32,000 nucleotides of DNA from Nanoarchaeum equitans Kin4-M (GTDB taxonomy: Archaea > Nanobdellota > Nanobdellia > Nanobdellales > Nanoarchaeaceae), in assembly GCA_000008085.1 (NCBI GenBank), contig AE017199.1:60001-92000 (forward strand), read 5' to 3'. A model generated the notes under the pieces. The model did not search any database. It was not told the DNA's origin and saw only the letters and a list, made by a program, of their open reading frames with translations. The position numbers were made by a program, and so were the translations under genes. Shown here piece after piece: positions 12,158 through 20,051 of this stretch (its first letter is position 1; every line of letters begins with the position of its first letter).

Positions 12158-13591
12158 ATGGATATAAAGCTTAGAAAAATAGATAAGTATATTTGGGAGA
12201 TACCAAAAGAAGGCAAAATGAATGTTCCAGTTAGAATATACGCTAGCGATAAACTTATAGAAAAAATGAAAGAAGATAGAACATTAATACAAGCAAGAAA
12301 TGTATCGATGTTGCCTAAAATAGTTAAACACATGGTAGTAATGCCGGATGGCCATGAGGGGTATGGCCCACCAATTGGGGGGGTAGGAGCTTTTAGCTTG
12401 GACAACCCCCCAGTAATACCTGGCTTCGTTGGTTTTGATATAAATTGTGGGGTAAGGCTATTAAGAACAAATCTAACTATTGATGAAATAAAGGACAGGT
12501 TAAATTTATTGGTAAATGAAATATTTAGAAATGTTCCTGCTGGTGTAGGCGAAGGGGGGAAACTAAAGCTCTCTATTGATGAACTAAACAAAGTTTTAGA
12601 CTATGGAGTAAACTGGGCAATAGATAATGGCTTTGGTTGGGAAGAAGATAGGAATAGAATCGAAAGCCATGGTTATTTGGATTTTGCCGATTCTGATGCG
12701 GTATCTAATACTGCTAAACAAAGGGGTAAAGACCAATTAGGCACTATAGGTTCTGGAAATCATTTCCTAGAAATACAAGTAGTAGACCAAATTTACGATG
12801 AAGAGATAGCTAAAGCTTTTGGAATATATGAAAAAAATCAGGTTACAGTTTTAATCCATACCGGTAGTAGGGGGTTAGGCCACCAAGTGGCATCGGACTA
12901 TTTAAGATTGTTCGAGAAAAAATACAAATATGATGTGCCAGATAGAGAATTAATTTATGCACCATATGATAGTAAAGATGCACAAAACTATCTAAAAGCG
13001 ATGGCCGCTGCAGCTAATTTTGCTTGGGCAAATAGACAATTAATTACCTATTGGGTAAGGAAAAGCTTTGAAAAAGTATTAAGGAAAAATATAGAATCAA
13101 TAGGTTTAGAAATAGTTTATGATTTGGCCCATAACATAGCGAAGTTCGAAGAGCATACAATAGATGGCAAAAAACAAAAACTTATAGTTTATAGAAAGGG
13201 TGCAACTAGAGCATTTCCCCCAGGGCATAAAGAATTGTGGGGCGAATACAAAAAATACGGCCAACCTGTAATAATACCAGGTTCAATGGGAACAGCTTCT
13301 TATCTATTGGTAGGACAACCAAAAGCGATGGAACTATCTTTTGGTTCTTCTGCTCATGGTGCTGGGAGACAATTATCTAGAGTAAAGGCTAAAAAGCTAT
13401 ATTCTTATTCTGAAGTAATAAGAAAACTAAGAGAAATGGGAATAATAGTTAAATCAACAACAAAAACTGGAGTATTAGAAGAAATACCTGAAGCATACAA
13501 AGATATAGACGAAGTAGTAAGGGTAACCCACGAATTGGGAATAAGCAAAATTGTTGCAAGGTTTAGACCAGTAGCAGTAATTAAAGGATGA
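12158..13591 (+). CDS. rtcB: RtcB 3'-phosphate/5'-OH RNA ligase (tRNA splicing ligase)
   Basis: 'MPDGHEGYG', 'DINCGVR', 'GSGNHFLE', 'HTGSRGLGHQ' and 'SSAHGAGR' are all hallmark RtcB metal/GMP-His motifs. Full length (477 aa), no intein. Confidence 0.95.
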   Translation: MDIKLRKIDKYIWEIPKEGKMNVPVRIYASDKLIEKMKEDRTLIQARNVSMLPKIVKHMVVMPDGHEGYGPPIGGVGAFSLDNPPVIPGFVGFDINCGVRLLRTNLTIDEIKDRLNLLVNEIFRNVPAGVGEGGKLKLSIDELNKVLDYGVNWAIDNGFGWEEDRNRIESHGYLDFADSDAVSNTAKQRGKDQLGTIGSGNHFLEIQVVDQIYDEEIAKAFGIYEKNQVTVLIHTGSRGLGHQVASDYLRLFEKKYKYDVPDRELIYAPYDSKDAQNYLKAMAAAANFAWANRQLITYWVRKSFEKVLRKNIESIGLEIVYDLAHNIAKFEEHTIDGKKQKLIVYRKGATRAFPPGHKELWGEYKKYGQPVIIPGSMGTASYLLVGQPKAMELSFGSSAHGAGRQLSRVKAKKLYSYSEVIRKLREMGIIVKSTTKTGVLEEIPEAYKDIDEVVRVTHELGISKIVARFRPVAVIKG

Positions 13592-13842
13592 ACGAACTGG
13601 AATACTATTTAGATCGAGAGTATAAAAAATTATCTCTAATTCTAAAAGATGCTAAAATAAAAAAGGGAGAAAGATTTATTAAAGCTTATTGGGAAGATAT
13701 AAAATATTTCTATCAAAAAGGGGAAAAGGTAAAAGCTTTCGAATTGGTTATGTATATATGGGGAATACTGGATTGCTTATATAATACAGGTTATTTAGAA
13801 ATAAACCCTTCCCATAAAAAATGGTTTAAAGATATGTCATGA
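13588..13842 (+). CDS. Small helical protein, DUF357-like (84 aa)
   Basis: 'AYWEDIKYFYQKGEKVKAFELVMYIWGILDCLYNTGYL' resembles the DUF357 signature as I remember it (A..Y..DA.YF...GD...A......YA.GWLDAG...G). ATGA overlap with the rtcB stop. Confidence 0.45.
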   Translation: MNELEYYLDREYKKLSLILKDAKIKKGERFIKAYWEDIKYFYQKGEKVKAFELVMYIWGILDCLYNTGYLEINPSHKKWFKDMS

Positions 13843-13895
13843 TAGTTACAAGTTTAGTGAGTATTACTTACCATTTGGTGGTTAAAAATTTTTAA

Positions 13896-14843
13896 ATGAT
13901 GATGTCGTATACTCGTATGGCGGAGGAGCTAAAGGTTTTCCCCAAGGTTTTGAAATTCCTTGTCCTTGGTAAACCTATCCAATTTAATTTTCATAGTGTA
14001 CAGAAAGGTGAGGATAAAACTACACTACAGATTGAAGACTGGGAGTACGGGTACATAAAATCCGAGTATGATTCTAGAAATAATAAAATAATATTGAAAT
14101 GGGACAATAATAAATATGAGAATGGTTTATCGTCTCCTTTTGAAATAAAAAAGGACAAGGAAAAAGATATTGATATAAAGGCCTATCGAAAGATAGTTGA
14201 TAATGGACCATGGAAAACTTTTGAAAACTGTCCAATAAGGGAAGATGATATAAACAAATACTTGGGTGGTGGTTTTTGGCAAGAAAATGAGAGCATAATT
14301 TTGGCTGTAGAAAGAAAAGGAAAATTATACTCTCTAAAATTGAGGGGCCCCAGTATAGAGGTAATGCCAGAGCTTGATGGTTCAAATGTTTATGTAATAA
14401 GAACTAGTAAGGGAGACCATGTTGCTGCAACTTTTTATTTTTCTTATCCAGATATGCCTGGAAAGGGAGACATCTTTTTTGATAATTTATTAACTCAATT
14501 ACTCTCTTATGCCCCAGCGCTTCTTCATTTATTATTAGAAAAAGGGTATATAGATCCAAATAAAGAATGGTACCTCTATTTTGAAGCTAACGATGTTAAT
14601 AATAAAAGGAAGATTCCTAGTAGCTTGTTGGACGCAATGTTTCGTGGTTGGTATGCTTATGCTAGCAAAGGCGAAAACAAGCTCGATAAAACAATAATAT
14701 TTACGCCAAGCCCAGTAGACCTTTATCAAATGATTCCTAATTTGGCGTTAGCAAATACTCTTAGGGCAGGTTTGTATTATACTGCAAATAAAATTTTAGA
14801 AGATAATAAAGACAAGCAATATGGGGACACAAAACAAGGATAA
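13896..14843 (+). CDS. Hypothetical protein (315 aa; likely real start ATG 13917, MAEELK...)
   Basis: Long unopposed ORF. The TATA-like 'aaaaatttttaaat' ends at about 13897, which is too close to 13896 but about 24 nt upstream of 13917. No motif recognised. Confidence 0.55.
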   Translation: MMMSYTRMAEELKVFPKVLKFLVLGKPIQFNFHSVQKGEDKTTLQIEDWEYGYIKSEYDSRNNKIILKWDNNKYENGLSSPFEIKKDKEKDIDIKAYRKIVDNGPWKTFENCPIREDDINKYLGGGFWQENESIILAVERKGKLYSLKLRGPSIEVMPELDGSNVYVIRTSKGDHVAATFYFSYPDMPGKGDIFFDNLLTQLLSYAPALLHLLLEKGYIDPNKEWYLYFEANDVNNKRKIPSSLLDAMFRGWYAYASKGENKLDKTIIFTPSPVDLYQMIPNLALANTLRAGLYYTANKILEDNKDKQYGDTKQG

Positions 14844-14848
14844 CAAAA

Positions 14849-14859
14849 TTTTTGTTTTT
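14849..14859 (+). terminator. Oligo-T tract (TTTTTGTTTTT) just after the stop of the 13896-14843 ORF
   Basis: Archaeal terminators are typically simple T-runs. This one is 5 nt after the TAA, within the longest intergenic spacer of the block (100 nt). Confidence 0.35.
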
Positions 14860-14914
14860 ACGCTGTAAATACTATAAAGAAATTCTAGCAGCTGTGTAGT
14901 GTATTTTTGTTAAA

Positions 14915-14924
14915 ATATTTAAAT
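14915..14924 (+). promoter_or_regulatory. TATA-like box (ATATTTAAAT) about 24 nt upstream of ATG 14944
   Basis: Same motif and spacing as at other genes in the window. Confidence 0.4.
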
Positions 14925-14943
14925 CATAACATTATACTACCGT

Positions 14944-16152
14944 ATGAGGGTAAAGCTTCCCTCAAAAGTAAACCTTGAAAAAGTGCTCCAAAAGGTTAAA
15001 ACCCCAAAGCTAACCCCAGAGAAAAAATTAGAGATAGCACAAAAGCTTTATGAACATAGCAATGTATTAAAACCCCTATTATTAAGCATAGGTTTAGGAT
15101 ATGCTTTGCCTGCTTTGGGTGAAGAGATAAAAATCGATAAAGTCAAAGTAACTGGAATAGACAAAATAAATCCATACAAAGATGCCCATAGCGAAGAAAA
15201 AGTAACATTTACTAGAGTTTTACCGAATGAAGAACAAACCATTGAATTAGAAATAGGTACACCAACTGTTACTACCATACCAGTTAATTACAATGGAACA
15301 GAAGAGCTAACTGTTACATTAAGTAATGATGTAGTAACCTTGAAGTATACAATGGATATAACAAAAACCCTAACTGTATGGGCCCAGAAAATCAAAGGGA
15401 CCGTCACAGATATTTCTACTTCGATTCGAAAAGAATTGTTTGGTCAAAGTACAAAAACCATCACAGAAATATTTAACTTAGAGGGTGTTGCTTATGTCAT
15501 AAAAGACGGCACAGCTAATATATTATTAGTATTAAAAGATATGGGAGAAAAAGCAGAATCTCTAATACCATATTTGGCCAAAGCTTATGGTTCTGCTGTT
15601 AATTATTTGTTACAGTTTGTGCCAACTATTGAAAAATGGAGTAGTTCCATTAATGAATTTCTCGGAATAAATCCCGATAGCACACCTGTGAAAGATAGCA
15701 TTAAAATAAGTAAAGCGTGGAACGAATTAATAAACAATACCAAAGCTTATGTAGAGAGAATAAAAGGAATAAACGGAGGAATAGAGATGGATAAGATATT
15801 ACCAAAAATGTCTTTTGTAAAGGCGGACGGTGGGATCGCTAAAAGAAATTATATTCCATTAGTATTAACAGAAAAAATATTGGAAGGGGAGCATAAACTA
15901 GATATCACGCAAGGGAATGGAGGAGTGCCTCCATATAAAAATTTCACAGGGCCATACGGTTTTTTCTATTATATAAAGGAATGGTTAGAGCCTTCCAAGT
16001 TTAACAGCTTAAAAGAATACATATGGGAAGTTATGTATCGTTCAGTAAGGAATGCATTAACCAAAACCGGTTTATATAATCCAAAGCACTTATATGCTGT
16101 TCCTAACCCCTATGAGGATCTAAATATAGAGGATTTGGCAAAATTAAAATAA
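14944..16152 (+). CDS. Hypothetical N-terminally anchored/secreted protein (402 aa)
   Basis: A basic N-terminal 45 aa, then one hydrophobic segment 'LKPLLLSIGLGYALPALG', then Thr/Val-rich beta-like repeats (TVTTIPVNYNGTEELTVTLSNDVVTLKYTMDITKTLTV). No homology recognised. Confidence 0.55.
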   Translation: MRVKLPSKVNLEKVLQKVKTPKLTPEKKLEIAQKLYEHSNVLKPLLLSIGLGYALPALGEEIKIDKVKVTGIDKINPYKDAHSEEKVTFTRVLPNEEQTIELEIGTPTVTTIPVNYNGTEELTVTLSNDVVTLKYTMDITKTLTVWAQKIKGTVTDISTSIRKELFGQSTKTITEIFNLEGVAYVIKDGTANILLVLKDMGEKAESLIPYLAKAYGSAVNYLLQFVPTIEKWSSSINEFLGINPDSTPVKDSIKISKAWNELINNTKAYVERIKGINGGIEMDKILPKMSFVKADGGIAKRNYIPLVLTEKILEGEHKLDITQGNGGVPPYKNFTGPYGFFYYIKEWLEPSKFNSLKEYIWEVMYRSVRNALTKTGLYNPKHLYAVPNPYEDLNIEDLAKLK

Positions 16153-16182
16153 AATCTTTAAATAATAAATTATTTACCACTT

Positions 16183-16785
16183 ATGAGTAATGAATATGTT
16201 AAAGTCCCCTTATGTGCTTTAAAAAAGGAATGGTTAAACAAATCCCAAATTATATATGAGAAAAACAAACCTTATGCTTTAATTGATAAAAACGATTTGG
16301 AAAAAGCTTTGGGTTCTCCAATAAAATGTATCGCCCCAGGGTTAGGAGAATACATAAAATCTGTGGGCTCTTATATAGCGGTAAGCCCCATACTAAATAA
16401 ATTAACAAAATTACAAGACATATACTCTAATGAAGCCATGTTCGTAAGCTGGGTCTATGGGGTATACCCTTCTATAAAAGCTTTGTACCACACATTAAAA
16501 AAAGAATATTCTAAAGCTAAAGAGGATTTAGAAGAAATAAAATTGTTACCCTATGTTTTACCTGCATATTTATCATGGGTTGCTCTAAAACAGCATATTA
16601 ATCCTAATATAGATTTAGATGGGCCAAACCAATATTTATTTAATGTATTAAACACATTTGCTAACCTAATGGCTTTAAGCATTTACATACCAACAGTTGT
16701 AAAAATGGAAATGGCCATAAAAGATAAAATAAAAAACATTTCCCCATTAAAAGTTATAAAAAATATATATGCCAAACCCCAGTAA
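16183..16785 (+). CDS. Hypothetical membrane-associated protein (200 aa)
   Basis: Several hydrophobic stretches (FVSWVYGVYPSI, LLPYVLPAYLSWVAL, FANLMALSIYIPTVV). A TATA-like 'tctttaaataataaa' lies about 22 nt upstream. Confidence 0.5.
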   Translation: MSNEYVKVPLCALKKEWLNKSQIIYEKNKPYALIDKNDLEKALGSPIKCIAPGLGEYIKSVGSYIAVSPILNKLTKLQDIYSNEAMFVSWVYGVYPSIKALYHTLKKEYSKAKEDLEEIKLLPYVLPAYLSWVALKQHINPNIDLDGPNQYLFNVLNTFANLMALSIYIPTVVKMEMAIKDKIKNISPLKVIKNIYAKPQ

Positions 16786-16787
16786 GT

Positions 16788-16799
16788 ATTTTTAAATAA
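16788..16799 (+). promoter_or_regulatory. TATA-like box (ATTTTTAAATAA) about 23 nt upstream of the EF-1alpha ATG
   Basis: Position counted from ATG 16817. Confidence 0.45.
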
Positions 16800-16816
16800 T
16801 CCCTTAAAGGTATCGC

Positions 16817-18118
16817 ATGCCTAGAGAGAAACCCCACATCAATGTAGTATTCATAGGACATGTAGACCATGGTAAGTCTACCACAGTAGGTAGGCTAAAA
16901 TATGATTTAGGTTTAATACCAGAGTCCGAATTGGAGAAAATTAGAGAAGAAGCTAAAAAGTATGGTAAGGAGGAATTCGTATTTGCTTATCTAATGGATA
17001 GACAAAAAGAAGAGAGAGCCAGAGGTGTTACAATTGATATAGCTCATACAGAATTGGAAACCCCACACAATTACATTACAATTGTTGACGCTCCTGGCCA
17101 CAAAGACTTCGTAAAGAACATGATTACTGGAGCGTCTCAAGCAGATGCGGCAGTATTAGTAGTAGCAGCAGACGACGGTGTACAAGAACAAACCCAAGAA
17201 CACGCAGTATTAGCAAGAACATTCGGTATAAACCAAATAATTGTATACATAAACAAAATGGATAAGGTTAACTACGACCAAAAAAGATTCGAAGAGGTGA
17301 AAAACCAAGTATTAAAACTATTGAAAATGATTGGATACAAAGATGAAAACATTATTGCTGTAATTCCTGGGGCGTCTTTCCATGGAGACAATGTAGTAAA
17401 GAAATCTGACAAAATGCCTTGGTACAATGGACCAACATTGTATGAAGCTTTAGACATGTTAAAACCCCCACAATTACCAGTTGATTTGCCATTAAGAATA
17501 CCAATACAAAGCGCATTATCCATAAAAGGTATTGGTACAGTATTAACAGGAAGAGTAGAGACTGGTAAACTAAAACCAGGTGACAAAATAATTGTTTTAC
17601 CATCCAAGAAGCCAAACGGTGCGATTGGGGAAGTTAAATCTATAGAAATGCATCACAAACCATTAGAAGAAGCATTGCCTGGAGACAACATAGGTTTTAG
17701 CGTAAGAGGTATCGAAAAGGGTGATGTAATGAGAGGAGATGTTGCAGGCCATTTGGATAACCCACCAACAGTTGCAGAGGAGATAGTAGCGTTAATACAT
17801 GTTATATACCATCCATCTGCAATAACCGTTGGTTATGCCCCAGTATTACATGTACACACAGCACATGTCCCAGTAAGGTTTGAAGAGCTAAGAGGTAAAG
17901 TAAACCCCGCAACTGGACAAGTAATTGAAGAAAACCCGCAAGCATTAAGGCCAGGTGAAGCAGCAGTAGTAAAATTAAAACCATTGAAACCAGTAGTAAT
18001 AGAACCATTCGATAAAATCCCACAATTAGGAAGATTCGCTATTAGAGATATGGGTAGAACTGTAGCAATAGGGATCGCAAGACAGGTAACGCCCAAACAA
18101 ATTGAAATCAAAAAATAA
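16817..18118 (+). CDS. tuf: Translation elongation factor aEF-1alpha
   Basis: 'GHVDHGKST', 'DAPGH', 'NKMD' and a full three-domain length (433 aa). Confidence 0.97.
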   Translation: MPREKPHINVVFIGHVDHGKSTTVGRLKYDLGLIPESELEKIREEAKKYGKEEFVFAYLMDRQKEERARGVTIDIAHTELETPHNYITIVDAPGHKDFVKNMITGASQADAAVLVVAADDGVQEQTQEHAVLARTFGINQIIVYINKMDKVNYDQKRFEEVKNQVLKLLKMIGYKDENIIAVIPGASFHGDNVVKKSDKMPWYNGPTLYEALDMLKPPQLPVDLPLRIPIQSALSIKGIGTVLTGRVETGKLKPGDKIIVLPSKKPNGAIGEVKSIEMHHKPLEEALPGDNIGFSVRGIEKGDVMRGDVAGHLDNPPTVAEEIVALIHVIYHPSAITVGYAPVLHVHTAHVPVRFEELRGKVNPATGQVIEENPQALRPGEAAVVKLKPLKPVVIEPFDKIPQLGRFAIRDMGRTVAIGIARQVTPKQIEIKK

Positions 18119-18447
18119 TGCCTTTCTTAAGAATTAAAATTTATTCTACTGATTTAGAAGAATTAAATAGGGTAGTAGAAAAAATAAAAGAGATAGTTAA
18201 ACAAACAGGTGTAAAGATGAGAGGCCCAATACCTTTACCAACCAAAATATTAAGAGTCCCAGTATTAAGAATTACTGGGCATAGAGGTACAAAAATATGG
18301 GACACCTACCAAATGAGAATCCATAGAAGGATTATAGATATTGCCACAGATGATAGAACAATAAAATTGTTGATGAGAACTCCTTTAATTACTAAACCCG
18401 AAAAAATACAAATTCAACTAAAATATATTAAGGATAAAAACTTATAA
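18118..18447 (+). CDS. rps10: Ribosomal protein uS10 (S10)
   Basis: 'RIKIYSTDLEELNRVVEKIKEIVKQTGVKMRGPIPLPTK' is a canonical S10. TAATG overlap with tuf, the conserved archaeal EF-1alpha-S10 pair. Confidence 0.95.
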   Translation: MPFLRIKIYSTDLEELNRVVEKIKEIVKQTGVKMRGPIPLPTKILRVPVLRITGHRGTKIWDTYQMRIHRRIIDIATDDRTIKLLMRTPLITKPEKIQIQLKYIKDKNL

Positions 18448-18468
18448 ATTCTTTAAGGCCCTATCTTT

Positions 18469-19527
18469 ATGAAAGTTGTACCATTAGATTTTCCATTGGG
18501 GGAAGCAGTAAAGTTATTAGAGGAAGAAGATTTGCTAGCTAGCAAAAAAGAAGATACTGTTTTAGGGACTAACGAATATGTTTTACTAAAAAAATCTGCA
18601 TGGAAAATGCCAGTTAATACAAAATTTGAGAGTTATTCTGTACCAATCCCAACAATAGATGGGAAAAACGATTACGAAATTGCAAAACTAATGTTTGAAA
18701 CAAGGTTTTTAGAATTGCCAAATGAAGACCTTACAAAATCTATACATTATACAGATTTGCTAAAAAAATACAAAGATAAAATAATTACTAACCCAACCAG
18801 GTATTTTGGAGACTATATAGATGTGCAAGCTAGTGAAACGGTATTAGCAGTATTGTATGAAATGAAAAGACAAAAAGTAGAATACGCTACAGTTTTAGAG
18901 GGGGAAAAACCAATTGGTGTAATTTCTTTGAAAGATATATTCTCTAAAATAATATTTCCAAAGAAAAAGCCAAGAGAAGGTGAATTCGTTGACGAATATG
19001 ATAGGCCATTAAAATTACCAATAAGAGAATTCGTAAACGATGTAGTAATAGAGACCGACGATATAAAAGAAGTAATAGAGCTAATGTTAGATAAAAACGT
19101 TAGATCTGTGCCTTTGTTAGTTAATGGCAGATATGTTGGAACAATTACTGTGGATGAAATATTAAAAGAAATAGGTTACATAGAAGAAAAGGGCAAATAT
19201 TTTATACATGTGCATTCTAATGTAGATTTGTATGAGGATGATTACGATTATATAGAAAAGGAATTTGTAAGAAAAGTATGGAGAAAATATAAAGACTATT
19301 TGGAAACCGCTACTTTATATTTAGACATAAAAAGGGAAAAAGGTGTTTTGCCCGACAATATAGAATATTTTTGGCATGTTTCTGCTAGGTTAATAACACC
19401 AAAAGGCAAATTCGTTGCTAGAGTAGTGGGACCTTCTTTGTATAGCGCTATCAAAATGATTATGAGAGAACTAGTTTATGAAATAAAGAAAAAGAAAGAA
19501 GAATCGATAGAATTCGATATAGTATGA
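18469..19527 (+). CDS. CBS-domain protein with a C-terminal HPF/RaiA (S30AE)-like domain
   Basis: CBS motifs at about aa 55-100, 115-160 and 185-236 (e.g. 'PIGVISLKDIF', 'VRSVPLLVNGRYVGTITVDEILKEI'). Residues 243-345 follow the beta-alpha-beta-beta-beta-alpha pattern of HPF. For example, 'GPSLYSAIKMIMRELVYEIKKKK' compares with E. coli HPF 'GQDMYAAIDGLIDKLARQLTKHK'. Confidence 0.6.
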   Translation: MKVVPLDFPLGEAVKLLEEEDLLASKKEDTVLGTNEYVLLKKSAWKMPVNTKFESYSVPIPTIDGKNDYEIAKLMFETRFLELPNEDLTKSIHYTDLLKKYKDKIITNPTRYFGDYIDVQASETVLAVLYEMKRQKVEYATVLEGEKPIGVISLKDIFSKIIFPKKKPREGEFVDEYDRPLKLPIREFVNDVVIETDDIKEVIELMLDKNVRSVPLLVNGRYVGTITVDEILKEIGYIEEKGKYFIHVHSNVDLYEDDYDYIEKEFVRKVWRKYKDYLETATLYLDIKREKGVLPDNIEYFWHVSARLITPKGKFVARVVGPSLYSAIKMIMRELVYEIKKKKEESIEFDIV

Positions 19528-20051
19528 AAAGAACTATAATTTTATTGCTATCTGCTTTAGCATTAGGAGTAGCTTTATCGCAAATTGCTTTTCTTTTAGA
19601 AATAAAATTAGACATAAAGAAAACCACAGATTATATAATTAGACCATATAAAACATCAAAAATCGTTAATGCTATAATTTTAGATGGAAACCAATTTGAA
19701 GGGCAGGACAATCAAACATATGTTATTCCATTATATATAAAAGGAAACGGAAAATACAAATTTTCTATAGAACTAAAAAATTTTGATGGTAGCGCTTTAT
19801 TAGCTATTGGTTTGTTCGATTCAGATAATAAAGAGTTTGGCGAACAATATAATATAAAAGCTTATTATAACAGCACAAATCCAAAATATTTCAATCCTTA
19901 TAAATATATCGTTTGCAACAAAGATTGTTCTTTATTGTATAACACAACAATAGAAAGCGAAAAGCGTTTTGTGATCCTTTTACATATATACAATATAAAT
20001 GAGAACAAAACTATAACATTATCGATTAGGGCAAATGAGGTTCCAAATTAA
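19524..20051 (+). CDS. Secreted/anchored protein (175 aa) with N-glycosylation sequons
   Basis: N-terminal 'MKRTIILLLSALALGVALSQIAFLL' signal/anchor. Beta-rich body with NQT, NST, NTT and NKT sequons. ATGA overlap with the upstream CBS gene. Confidence 0.55.
   Translation: MKRTIILLLSALALGVALSQIAFLLEIKLDIKKTTDYIIRPYKTSKIVNAIILDGNQFEGQDNQTYVIPLYIKGNGKYKFSIELKNFDGSALLAIGLFDSDNKEFGEQYNIKAYYNSTNPKYFNPYKYIVCNKDCSLLYNTTIESEKRFVILLHIYNINENKTITLSIRANEVPN

Noticed and set aside
12133-12591. 152-aa minus-strand ORF overlapping the 5' part of rtcB
   Set aside because: It is antisense to a gene with unmistakable RtcB motifs. Its product is low-complexity (S/F/I/P-rich), typical of shadow ORFs in AT-rich DNA.
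13896-13902. ATGATGA at the start of ORF 13896 as a possible C box of a C/D sRNA
   Set aside because: There is no CTGA/D' or D box at 12-nt spacing downstream (TGTCGTATACTC is followed by GTAT), and no second guide unit. It is simply Met codons or 5' sequence.
13901-14080. Locally elevated GC at the start of ORF 13896 as a sign of a foreign island
   Set aside because: A hand count gives about 47% GC for 13901-13960, but it falls to about 32% in the next two 60-nt blocks. There is no sustained compositional shift.
17272-18111. Four minus-strand ORFs (17272-17607, 17352-17615, 17802-18023, 17833-18111) inside tuf
   Set aside because: All are antisense to the highly conserved EF-1alpha gene. 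They have no motifs and mutually overlapping frames, so they are artefacts.
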